Source: a virus. Taken from it: a stretch of DNA of 35,958 nucleotides. The stretch's first letter is position 1; each line of letters begins with the position of its first letter. The notes beneath the pieces were generated by a model that was not told the DNA's origin, did no database searches, and saw only the letters and a list, made by a program, of their open reading frames with translations. Shown here in pieces: positions 26,179 through 33,923 of this stretch. The translations under genes were made by a program, and so were the position numbers. The stretch spans positions 158,224-194,181 of the IMG/VR virus record IMGVR_UViG_3300031949_000004. One strand, 5' to 3'.

Positions 26179-26628
26179 CTACGGCTTAACCGCCCAGAGC
26201 ACCGCCGGTCTGCCAGCACCGTTCGTCACGAGCCGATCGGTGGCCTTGCCCCTGCGCTTCAAGTGCTTCAGGCAAGCATTGATCCTCTTGGCCGAAACCT
26301 TGTGACCCAGATGCCCGGAGATCACCTGACGGTTCATGGGCCGCCGATGCCGGCGCATGAATGACCAGACCTTCTCGCCCAACTCAGGGATCGTCATCGA
26401 CTTCACCGCCGGACTTGCGGCTTTCGGTCCTTCCCTCCTCGGGCGCTTCAAAATCTTCTCCAGGACCGTCTTGACACCTTCGACCTTCATCGGCCTGGCA
26501 AGCTTCTTGACCAACTTCACCGGCTTCGGAACCTCCACGAACACCGGCACCAAGCCCAGCAGACGGAAGAACAGGACGATCCTCTCGACGAAAAGATCCA
26601 CGGGCGACGAAACAACGTTCTTGGACAT
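26179..26628 (-). CDS. putative winged-helix DNA-binding protein (149 aa)
   Basis: Ribosome-binding site AAGGAG. The C-terminal segment TIPELGEKVWSFM..VISGHLGHKVSAKRINACLKHLKRRGKA is winged-helix-like. The conserved element sits 28 nt upstream. Confidence 0.5.
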   Translation of the reverse strand: MSKNVVSSPVDLFVERIVLFFRLLGLVPVFVEVPKPVKLVKKLARPMKVEGVKTVLEKILKRPRREGPKAASPAVKSMTIPELGEKVWSFMRRHRRPMNRQVISGHLGHKVSAKRINACLKHLKRRGKATDRLVTNGAGRPAVLWAVKP

Positions 26629-26657
26629 GACAGACTCCTTTCGACAACAGTTCAAAC

Positions 26658-26675
26658 CATGCTTATCCGGTTAAC
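26658..26675. promoter_or_regulatory. conserved upstream element (CATGCTTATCCGGTTAAC), 28 nt upstream of the 26628 start
   Basis: One of 5-6 copies of TTGTCAACCGGATAAGCATG and its reverse complement in the leftward block. Confidence 0.5.
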
Positions 26676-26977
26676 GACCCAGAGCCGCTTTTGCACGTGT
26701 TGCAGATGTCGCGTTCGCCGTGTGTCATAATAACGCGGCAACGGGCACACACCTCTTCATTCGTTTTCACCTTCCGTTTCCGTTTACGCAAGCAGCGCAG
26801 AATGGCCACCTTCGCCGCAAAGGTGATCTCCTGCATCTCGACATTGCTTAATGGAGGGGCAGGCGGGGAAAGTCCGACATCAGCCATTACCTCGCCTTGG
26901 CGAATTAGGTGATTTGGCAAACAGCTCCACGACACCCGCACCAAGAACTCTTCATGTGCCTCTGGCGCTTTCGGCAT
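26663..26977 (-). CDS. small protein with C-terminal zinc-ribbon (104 aa)
   Basis: CARCRVIMTHGERDICNTC. Ribosome-binding site GGGAG. Confidence 0.45.
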   Translation of the reverse strand: MPKAPEAHEEFLVRVSWSCLPNHLIRQGEVMADVGLSPPAPPLSNVEMQEITFAAKVAILRCLRKRKRKVKTNEEVCARCRVIMTHGERDICNTCKSGSGSLTG

Positions 26978-27002
26978 TTTTAACTCCCATTGATATTGTG
27001 GT

Positions 27003-27046
27003 GGTTGTCAACCGGATAAGCATGGTTCAAACCATATCTATCCGGT
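27003..27046. promoter_or_regulatory. conserved element in inverted-repeat configuration: GTCAACCGGATA-N20-TATCCGGTTGAC
   Basis: Perfect 12-bp arms at 27003-27014 and 27035-27046. Located 27 nt upstream of the 26977 start, overlapping the 3' end of 27027-27248. Confidence 0.5.
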
Positions 27047-27248
27047 TGACCCATTCTTTCACTTCTGCCAGATAGCCTTGCACCATGGCATCCGGACCTT
27101 CCACAGTGATACTGTATTCAGTCGTCAACCAACCACCATCATCAATACTACTAAAGCTAAGCCCTCGTACTTGTGCCGCTTTTTTCAATTGAAAAATGGC
27201 TTCCTTCCGAACGAGAGCCCCGGCAGAAAATGAAAATGTGACTTTCAT
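27027..27248 (-). CDS. small hypothetical protein (73 aa), low GC
   Basis: ORF with coding-like composition. Last gene of the AAA+ operon. Confidence 0.4.
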   Translation of the reverse strand: MKVTFSFSAGALVRKEAIFQLKKAAQVRGLSFSSIDDGGWLTTEYSITVEGPDAMVQGYLAEVKEWVNRIDMV

Positions 27249-27290
27249 AGCTATTATCCTATCGAGTTGGCGGAGAAAGCAATCTGAGCC

Positions 27291-27764
27291 TTATTGCAAC
27301 CCCTCCGGCTTCTTGCCCATCATCACCGGAACAGCAAAGGTAGTGATGGTTGCCTCGGGCTGCCCCGACTCGCGGCACATCTCTTCGTGAGCACCGAGAA
27401 AGGCTTCCATCGTTGCCAACGATACGGGACCATCCAACCGGATGTGGTTACCAGGCTTGAACGCCAGGCGCGCATAAACCAGGAAACGCGTTGGTGTTCC
27501 CTCTATCACACCTTCCGAAGTATCATCACCAACATCCAGAGCACGGTAGAGATCGTCTGTGACAGGGATCCACACCTCGACAAGACTCTGCGTGTCATAG
27601 AAGAGAAATGCAAGGCGAACCGCATCCGACCGTTCTGGGCGAGTCAGGTACAGCACCGAAAAGGCATCCGACTCCATCATGAGACCGCTTCGCCATCCCT
27701 CACTACGGGCACCATCGCCTATGCAATGAATCTTCCAAAGCTCCGCGTTCGATTCTGTTTCCAT
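27291..27764 (-). CDS. hypothetical protein (158 aa) downstream of the AAA+ ATPase
   Basis: First ATG of track ORF 27291-27779. Globular sequence. Confidence 0.5.
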   Translation of the reverse strand: METESNAELWKIHCIGDGARSEGWRSGLMMESDAFSVLYLTRPERSDAVRLAFLFYDTQSLVEVWIPVTDDLYRALDVGDDTSEGVIEGTPTRFLVYARLAFKPGNHIRLDGPVSLATMEAFLGAHEEMCRESGQPEATITTFAVPVMMGKKPEGLQ

Positions 27765-27817
27765 GTTCGACGATCTCAATCTTGAACGACCTGGATTTCT
27801 CTGTCCAGAAAATACCC

Positions 27818-29566
27818 CTATATCTTACGGAAAACCTCAGATCCCGAAAGTGCTCCACCCTCCCGCTCGTCCGGCACAACCCGAAGGTCGAGAAATCGCG
27901 ATGCACTCCGGAGCAGATCGATGTCGATCCTGTCCGTCTTCTTCGCGGTCGCCAGACGCTTGGCCAGCTTGAGCAGGTTCTTGATGTTCCTGCCCGAAAG
28001 CTTCCCCAGCGGATGCGTATGCAGCTCCCGGAGCGTCCCGTCAGCGAACACAATACGAAACTGATTGGCAAGGATCTGCCAGATCTCAATCGCCTCCACC
28101 ACGGTCGGCAGATTGTACCGGATCCAAGCCGTCGCCCTCGACATGATGGCATCGTCGATGATCGTCGCCCGGTTGCTCGTCAAGAACAAAATCCCTCGGT
28201 AGTATTCGAGCACGCGAAGGAACACACCCACGATGGCATTCTGCTGCACGTCGTTGCCACGCTCGTGGACATAGACATCCGCCTCGTCGATAAGCAAAAT
28301 CGCCCGCCAGCGCGCCGCCCGTTCGAGCACCTGACGAAGATGCTTCTCCAGAACTTGCTCGTTCGTGCCGAGCTGGGAGCACTGCACGACGTAAAGAGGC
28401 TTCTCGATCGTCTCGGAGAACACCTCGGCGGTGAGCGTCTTCCCGGTCCCTGGAGGTCCGGTTGCGATGATGATGGTCCCGCCCGTCTTGCCCGCCACGA
28501 TGTCGTCAAGTTGATCTACCGAACCCGACACCAGGATATGGATCAAGTCCTTCGTGTCGGTCGGCAACACGAGCTTGTCGAACAACGACTTGTCGTAGGC
28601 ATACGGTTCTAGGTTCCGGACATGAATGTCAACGTACTCATGCTTGTCCAGATCGAAGACCTGCACGTAGGGATGAAGTGGCAGGGAAACGGTGTACTTC
28701 TCATCATCATCGTCTTCGTCTTTGGCACTCCAGAACTTGCTGGAGACGATGCCACTATCAGCACGGTTATGCCGAGAGCGCGACCGCCCATCCTCATCAT
28801 CCTCATCATCCTCGTCCGCCAGATCGTCCATCACGACCTTCGCCGCCATGCCCTCACGCTCCATCGCGATGATACTCGCACCCCAACGATGCGCATAGTT
28901 GGAGATAGCCTGACCAACGGCGCGGAACTGATCACCCGTCCGTGGCTGGTACGACTTGTAGAGGGCAACGTCATCCTCGTACCTCGCCACGGCCTCCTGG
29001 GTCTCCAGGAAGTAACCCTTCTCCTCAAGCAACTCCACCACGTTGCAACCCTTGTCCAGATCCTTCCGATGCCACACCAGAGCGTCGTGCATGTTCTCCC
29101 CTCGCGAAAACCCCTTCAGCGAAACGCTCGTGCTCGCCGGATGCTCACCGCCGCGACTGTGCTCCGCCTCGTGAAATTCGATCTTGGAAACGAAATGGGG
29201 GACCACATGGCCATCCGACAGCTCGTGAAAGAGCCACTTGCGCGGACTCGGCGCGATGTACGTCTTGAGCACGGCCGCAAGAGCTTCGAGCGTCTTGATT
29301 CCCTTGCCCTTCGGATCTGCCTTCAAGGCAACGTAGGTGTTCGCCTTGCGAAACGCCCCAAGAAAAATCGTTTCACTCTTGCTCTCCTCCTTGAGCCACG
29401 CGACCAGGTTGTACAGATCACCGGGCGCCAGCTCTTCGAGCGACAATCGAATCCGACGCTCGTCGCCGCCATAATGCTGCTCCAGCTTGAGGGCGATGAG
29501 CTTCGACTTGCAACCGATATCCTTGACGAACCTCTGGAGGTGACTCTTCGCGATGTCGATGTTCAC
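27818..29566 (-). CDS. classic-clade AAA+ ATPase with unrecognised 350-aa N-terminal region (582 aa, GTG start)
   Basis: Walker A GPPGTGKT. Walker B ILLIDEAD. Sensor-1 FLTSN followed by a second-region-of-homology-like NRATIIDDAIMSRATAWIRYNLP. Acidic low-complexity linkers (DEDDEDDEDG, DEDDDDEKY). Ribosome-binding site GAGGAG 7 nt before the GTG. Confidence 0.8.
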   Translation of the reverse strand: MNIDIAKSHLQRFVKDIGCKSKLIALKLEQHYGGDERRIRLSLEELAPGDLYNLVAWLKEESKSETIFLGAFRKANTYVALKADPKGKGIKTLEALAAVLKTYIAPSPRKWLFHELSDGHVVPHFVSKIEFHEAEHSRGGEHPASTSVSLKGFSRGENMHDALVWHRKDLDKGCNVVELLEEKGYFLETQEAVARYEDDVALYKSYQPRTGDQFRAVGQAISNYAHRWGASIIAMEREGMAAKVVMDDLADEDDEDDEDGRSRSRHNRADSGIVSSKFWSAKDEDDDDEKYTVSLPLHPYVQVFDLDKHEYVDIHVRNLEPYAYDKSLFDKLVLPTDTKDLIHILVSGSVDQLDDIVAGKTGGTIIIATGPPGTGKTLTAEVFSETIEKPLYVVQCSQLGTNEQVLEKHLRQVLERAARWRAILLIDEADVYVHERGNDVQQNAIVGVFLRVLEYYRGILFLTSNRATIIDDAIMSRATAWIRYNLPTVVEAIEIWQILANQFRIVFADGTLRELHTHPLGKLSGRNIKNLLKLAKRLATAKKTDRIDIDLLRSASRFLDLRVVPDEREGGALSGSEVFRKI

Positions 29567-29617
29567 GGCAATTCTCCTCGATCGATTGTTCCTCGTCTAC
29601 CCACTCAACAACACCTG

Positions 29618-29872
29618 CTAATCGAAACGCCTCTCACACACCAGGTCGAATTCGTCTAACCCTTCCGTTTCAGACGATATCGGATGCAACTGCACGCATC
29701 GCGGATCAACAGCCTCACACTCTGCTCGCGAACCGTACCAGTATCCAACATGTGCATGATTGCCATATCCGCTTCCACCATCATCGTCCGTATAAACAAC
29801 CGCGCGGCAACCTCCAGCATCGTATTCGACATACTTTTTCAATACCTGCATCATCCCTGTCCTCGCGAACAT
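29618..29872 (-). CDS. small hypothetical protein (84 aa), first gene of the AAA+ operon
   Basis: The conserved element sits 25 nt upstream of the ATG. Confidence 0.4.
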   Translation of the reverse strand: MFARTGMMQVLKKYVEYDAGGCRAVVYTDDDGGSGYGNHAHVGYWYGSRAECEAVDPRCVQLHPISSETEGLDEFDLVCERRFD

Positions 29873-29898
29873 CGCGCCCCTCTAGCTAGCAAAGAAAG

Positions 29899-29916
29899 CA
29901 TGCCTATCCGGTTGAC
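29899..29916. promoter_or_regulatory. conserved upstream element (CATGCCTATCCGGTTGAC)
   Basis: See 26658 and 27003. Located 25 nt upstream of the 29872 start. Confidence 0.5.
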
Positions 29917-29927
29917 GACCATTCAGC

Positions 29928-30137
29928 CTATCTGAGCCGGTAATGCCTACTCAGATGCAGTCGGATAACTTCCTCGACGGTCGACGATGGGCAACCTTTG
30001 TCGTGGGCGCCGAAAGCCCTGAAGAACTTGCGGGCAATCGCAATAGTTACGCCTGTTTCCTCGGCAGCGTCCTTTGTCGAGGCGCCATTTGCCCAAAAAT
30101 GCCCGAGCTTGCGAATGATAGGTCCGTGCGTTCTCAT
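29928..30137 (-). CDS. small helix-turn-helix protein (69 aa)
   Basis: GASTKDAAEETGVTIAIARKFFRAFG is a helix-turn-helix similar to IS3 OrfA / terminase-small / excisionase-type N-terminal domains. Ribosome-binding site GAGAGGAG. Confidence 0.5.
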   Translation of the reverse strand: MRTHGPIIRKLGHFWANGASTKDAAEETGVTIAIARKFFRAFGAHDKGCPSSTVEEVIRLHLSRHYRLR

Positions 30138-30167
30138 CGTTGTTCTCCTCTCGAATCACTTGGGATT

Positions 30168-30185
30168 GTCAACCGGATAAGCATG
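30168..30185. promoter_or_regulatory. conserved upstream element (GTCAACCGGATAAGCATG), 28 nt upstream of the 30137 start
   Basis: Full 20-bp context GGGATTGTCAACCGGATAAGCATG. Confidence 0.5.
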
Positions 30186-30253
30186 AAAGAAAGCTCGCGG
30201 ATTCTGCTCTTCGCGCCCAACCTTGGCCTCCAGCTCCGCCACTCGCCAGGCAT

Positions 30254-30520
30254 CTACAAGACTCTTCGAGATCGCCCTCTCGAACAACGCCACCGGATCC
30301 ACGGCAAGCGCCCTGAAGAGCCTCCGCGCGTAACCGCCAAATCAATAACCTTCTCCCGATACACTGCCCGAACTTCATCCGAACACACCAACCAACACGG
30401 CGGTATCTCACCCTTGATCCGACTTTCGACCCGCATCAAGTCGTGCGCCGCCGCATCGAGCGCGGTCAAGATCTTCTTCTCCTCGACGGTGAATGTTACG
30501 GTCGCCTTCGGCATCGTCAT
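30254..30520 (-). CDS. hypothetical small protein (about 88 aa; C-terminal third may be non-coding read-through)
   Basis: Ribosome-binding site AAGGAGG. GTGA/ATG coupling to the upstream gene. The C-terminal 25 aa are Arg/Gly/Ser-rich and junk-like. Confidence 0.35.
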   Translation of the reverse strand: MTMPKATVTFTVEEKKILTALDAAAHDLMRVESRIKGEIPPCWLVCSDEVRAVYREKVIDLAVTRGGSSGRLPWIRWRCSRGRSRRVL

Positions 30521-30548
30521 CACGGCTTCCCTCCTTCCGGCTTCGACA
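30519..30548. repeat. 30-bp gene-junction module (C-terminal codons + ribosome-binding site + GTG start), copy 1; copy 2 at 30702-30731
   Basis: TCACGGCTTCCCTCCTTCCGGCTTCGACAA compared with TCACGGCTTCTCTCCTTCAGGCTTCGACAA. This gives two adjacent proteins the same ..SKPEG(G/E)KP C-terminus. Confidence 0.7.
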
Positions 30549-30705
30549 ACCTGGAATCCATCGAATCACGCAGAGGCATCACCTGATGCTCGGGTTGACC
30601 AACCCCAACACACTTCACACCGCCCGGCCCCACGTGCGGCTCCAACCGCCGACTCTTGGAGAAACCCACCACGCGCCCGCACCACGGACACTTGACGGTG
30701 TTCAC
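30520..30705 (-). CDS. small zinc-ribbon protein (61 aa, GTG start)
   Basis: CPWCG...C..G. GTGA overlap with the upstream stop. Confidence 0.4.
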   Translation of the reverse strand: MNTVKCPWCGRVVGFSKSRRLEPHVGPGGVKCVGVGQPEHQVMPLRDSMDSRLSKPEGGKP

Positions 30706-31046
30706 GGCTTCTCTCCTTCAGGCTTCGACAAATCCACGCCCCGCGATCCCACCCGGCGCAGCATACTGGCGGTCGCCGGAAACTCAAACATGACGGTGTC
30801 GGCCGCCTGCAAGCAGGTCACCTCCGCCAAGACACGCGCCTTCAACCGCCGCAAGATCTCGTGCTTGAGAGACTGACGAACCTGGTGGTTGAAATCGTCC
30901 GCGCCCGCCTTCCTCGCGCCCTCCAGGCACAGCACCGTGTACGACTCGACCAACTCCTCGTCCGCCATCACAGCAAGCGATTTGCTCACCAGATCGCCGC
31001 TCGCTGCCGTCACGAAGCTCGCAGCCTTATCCGTGGACACCATCAC
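30702..31046 (-). CDS. hypothetical protein (114 aa)
   Basis: GTGA/ATG coupling to the upstream GHKL gene. Confidence 0.45.
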   Translation of the reverse strand: MMVSTDKAASFVTAASGDLVSKSLAVMADEELVESYTVLCLEGARKAGADDFNHQVRQSLKHEILRRLKARVLAEVTCLQAADTVMFEFPATASMLRRVGSRGVDLSKPEGEKP

Positions 31047-32542
31047 GATTCCTCCCCACCAAAGAGACTGGGCGACTCCATCGCCACCCCCGCAGCCTCC
31101 GCGCCCAGGCGACAGAGAGACTGATGGTAGGCGCTGTCGAGATGCTGCCCCCAGTGGTGCCCCAACTCATGAATCAACAACTCGACCTGCGCTTTCCAGT
31201 TGATCTTGGTAACGAGCCACCTGTGACCAAGCAACCCCACGTTGAAGTAGAGCTGCCCGGAATCCTCTCCAAACCGCGAATAGGCCGCCCGGAACTTCCA
31301 GCCACGATCGGGCGTGAAAGCCACCCGCACAGCGAGACCCGCGCACCGGCTGGCGAAACACTTGACGAAGCTCTCGAATACCACCATCGCCAGCGTCCAC
31401 TGCTCGCGAGCGATGAGTTCCAGCGGCTCTCCGCCCGGCGAGAAGGGCTTCGGGCTCGGCGTCACCTGCCCGGCTGGCTTGAGCACGCCCATCTGGCGAA
31501 TGTTTGCCCACGCATCGGCCGAAAACGTCCCGCCCGGTACCACGGTGTACCCCTGCGCCACGGCCATGTGCGTCCCCTCGCGGTCGCTCGGATCCGAGAT
31601 CACGGCCCGCTCACCGAAGCGCGCCGTCACGATCGTCTCGACCGTCCTCGGCGCCACCACCTTCGAGCCGAGCACCGCACTCACCCAGGGCTGCTTCGCC
31701 AGCTCACTCGACAACGGCAGCTTGCGCATCACAACCTCGTTGAGCACGGCGACCAACAAGGCCAACAGGTACGAGGGCTTCACACCGTCGCGCTCCATGC
31801 TGAGCGGCACCTTCTGACCGATATCGATGTGCCAGGGAACGCCGGCCGGAAGATCCACCACAGGGATCCCCATCTCGTAGAGCTTCGCGCTTTCGTCCGC
31901 GAATCGATGGTAGAGAGAAACCCCGGTCTCCCGCTTGAACTCCCGAAGATTCCCGCCAGCATCGGCCTCGACGGTCGGCAACTGCATCCGGAAGGACAAC
32001 ACGATCTTCGGCGCCGGAATGGCGACACCATTCAAGTAGGTTCGACACGTGGACGGCGGGATCACATAGGAAATCTCGCGAATCATCACCTCGTACTCTT
32101 CGCGCGTCATCCGAACCTGACCAAAAAACTGAGTCCCCGACGATCGGCACTTGCGACGATTGATCTGCCGTCCTTCCGTCGTGAAGGACACCGTGCCCCT
32201 GGTCGTCGAGATCTCCGCCCGCTCACACAAGGCAAGCACCAACTTCTCGCCGAGATTGAAGCGGCCCCGCAGCTCGGGCGCGACCTTCTTGGCCGACGGA
32301 GCGAAGAGCGTAAATGCGTGAGTCAGATCTGAAAAACCGTCCGGATCCTCGTCGGTCACACGAAGAAAAATCTCGGGCTTGCCCGTCACGGGCTCCGTCA
32401 TGATCCGCACCGTACCCGCCGCCTTGCAGTCCCAGGCGTTTTGCAGAAGCTCGTGCAGAATGAAAACCTTGCCCTTGCGCTCGACGAGCTGGGCAAGCCC
32501 CGCCTTGTCGACCTCGAACCACGACGCTTGCTTTTTTGCCAT
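31043..32542 (-). CDS. GHKL/Bergerat-fold ATPase-like protein with C-terminal HExxH motif (499 aa)
   Basis: N-box FILHELLQNAWD fits ExxxNAxD. G-box-like TDEDPDGFSD and RGRFNLGEK. C-terminal IHELGHHWGQH is SprT- or ImmA-like HExxH. Ribosome-binding site GGGAGA before the ATG at 32542. Confidence 0.65.
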   Translation of the reverse strand: MAKKQASWFEVDKAGLAQLVERKGKVFILHELLQNAWDCKAAGTVRIMTEPVTGKPEIFLRVTDEDPDGFSDLTHAFTLFAPSAKKVAPELRGRFNLGEKLVLALCERAEISTTRGTVSFTTEGRQINRRKCRSSGTQFFGQVRMTREEYEVMIREISYVIPPSTCRTYLNGVAIPAPKIVLSFRMQLPTVEADAGGNLREFKRETGVSLYHRFADESAKLYEMGIPVVDLPAGVPWHIDIGQKVPLSMERDGVKPSYLLALLVAVLNEVVMRKLPLSSELAKQPWVSAVLGSKVVAPRTVETIVTARFGERAVISDPSDREGTHMAVAQGYTVVPGGTFSADAWANIRQMGVLKPAGQVTPSPKPFSPGGEPLELIAREQWTLAMVVFESFVKCFASRCAGLAVRVAFTPDRGWKFRAAYSRFGEDSGQLYFNVGLLGHRWLVTKINWKAQVELLIHELGHHWGQHLDSAYHQSLCRLGAEAAGVAMESPSLFGGEES

Positions 32543-32661
32543 GACCAGTTCTCCCAGTTCTCTACGTACCGTACCGCCGTTCAAATTACCTGTCCAGAAA
32601 AATCCATTTCTACGTCACAACACCTTGACGACCTAGCTCGAACTCTCTGACTGCTGCTTCA

Positions 32662-33069
32662 TCAATCTCCCTGGTCCACGGGCTTCCTCACCAGGACGAA
32701 CCTGTCGGAAGCGTCATCCCATTCGTACAGCCAGAACTTCGGGTAGTGCGTGATGTCCCCGGCGAACGCCAGCTCAACGTTCGTCCGGGTGAAGATCGCC
32801 TTGTCGAGTTCCTCCGGCTTGTTCTTCCCCCAAGCAGGATGCACGTACTCCTCATCCCACTCATCCGGATGAACGATGCTATCGATCGTATGCAGATCCT
32901 TCGCGCGCAACCCCAACGAATGCATGATCGACGTGGCCCCGCGAACGATGTCCCGCCATCGACTCTGATACTTCCGCTTCCCCGGCTTCCCCACCATGAG
33001 GATCCGGACCACGATAAACGGCATCTCGCTGATCAAGTTCAAGTAATGCCAGGGCTGTGGCTTGTCCAT
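32662..33069 (-). CDS. hypothetical protein (135 aa)
   Basis: Ribosome-binding site GGGAGGA 6-9 nt upstream of GTGATG. Confidence 0.5.
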   Translation of the reverse strand: MDKPQPWHYLNLISEMPFIVVRILMVGKPGKRKYQSRWRDIVRGATSIMHSLGLRAKDLHTIDSIVHPDEWDEEYVHPAWGKNKPEELDKAIFTRTNVELAFAGDITHYPKFWLYEWDDASDRFVLVRKPVDQGD

Positions 33070-33081
33070 CACATGTCCTCC

Positions 33082-33552
33082 CTATCGTTTTAGTGATCCA
33101 GATACCGGCGGCACATCGCGACAAGCCTTACCCGAACCACCAGTCGCATGAAACGGACAACAGAGTGGATAAACAACCTTCCCTGCCTTCTCCTCCCGCA
33201 GTCTCCTCGCCCGCGCGAAGAAAGCCTTCGCCGTCGCCGCATGGTGCGCCGCCGAGATTTCCAGCTCGCAAATCGCGCAGTAGTCCTTGGCGAACTCCCG
33301 TTCGCGATTGCAGGCCACCGTCACGGTGACATCACGAACATCCTGGCAACCCTTACAAGCCCGGCGCTCTTTGTACCGGCTGAGCTGCCCGTCCTCTTCC
33401 CGCCCGCAACCCGAACACGACTTGTGGAACGCCCCCGTCACGGCATCCGTGATCTTGACCGTCACGCGCGCCTCGGGGACATCACAACGATACGAACAAG
33501 AGCGCGCATCCTTGTCGACGATCCACCGCTTGGGTTGATTGATGAGCGCCAT
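33082..33552 (-). CDS. Cys-rich hypothetical protein (156 aa), multiple CxxC
   Basis: Internal ATG 2 nt after the upstream stop. The upstream part of track ORF 33082-33951 is Arg/Gly-rich antisense junk. Confidence 0.45.
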   Translation of the reverse strand: MALINQPKRWIVDKDARSCSYRCDVPEARVTVKITDAVTGAFHKSCSGCGREEDGQLSRYKERRACKGCQDVRDVTVTVACNREREFAKDYCAICELEISAAHHAATAKAFFARARRLREEKAGKVVYPLCCPFHATGGSGKACRDVPPVSGSLKR

Positions 33553-33554
33553 CA

Positions 33555-33923
33555 CTACCTCGTCGGATCGAGCCGCTCGCGATCTTCGTCCCGGCTCCCA
33601 CCCTCGCCCTCGCCCTCGCCCTCCTGACCTTCCTCGTCGAATCCACCTTCGAGAAGGTTCCAAACCGCCCGAGCATCGCGCGCCTGCCGCTCGAACTGCT
33701 CCTTCAACCGCACCGCCATGACCCGCTCGCCGCTCTCGGACGGTGACAACGGGGACTCCTCGGACTTCCGATCGTGCTCCGTGATGATGTCGACGAGGCC
33801 CTTCACGTCCTCGTCGAAACGGCTCGCCGCCACTCCCAGAGCGTGCGTGATCACGCCCATCTGGCTGCTCGACAGCTCCCGCCTCCGCGTATCCTCGTCG
33901 TCGATGATGATGAGTCTTGCCAT
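33555..33923 (-). CDS. hypothetical acidic protein (122 aa), first gene of the leftward block
   Basis: Ribosome-binding site GGAGGAA before the ATG at 33923. Contains EGEGEGEG from a GAGGGC hexamer repeat at 33601-33624. Confidence 0.45.
   Translation of the reverse strand: MARLIIIDDEDTRRRELSSSQMGVITHALGVAASRFDEDVKGLVDIITEHDRKSEESPLSPSESGERVMAVRLKEQFERQARDARAVWNLLEGGFDEEGQEGEGEGEGGSRDEDRERLDPTR

Noticed and set aside
27291-29566. CBASS-type TRIP13 (Cap6) plus HORMA (Cap7) interpretation of the AAA+ protein and the 158-aa protein
   Set aside because: The AAA+ protein is about twice the size of TRIP13/Cap6 and has an unrelated N-terminal domain. No CD-NTase or effector is adjacent. The only nucleotidyltransferase is 24 kb away.
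27782-30695. Plus-strand ORFs (27782-28612, 28622-29659, 29943-30695) antisense to the AAA+ operon
   Set aside because: They mirror the minus-strand genes. Their translations are Arg/Pro/Leu-rich and lack start signals.
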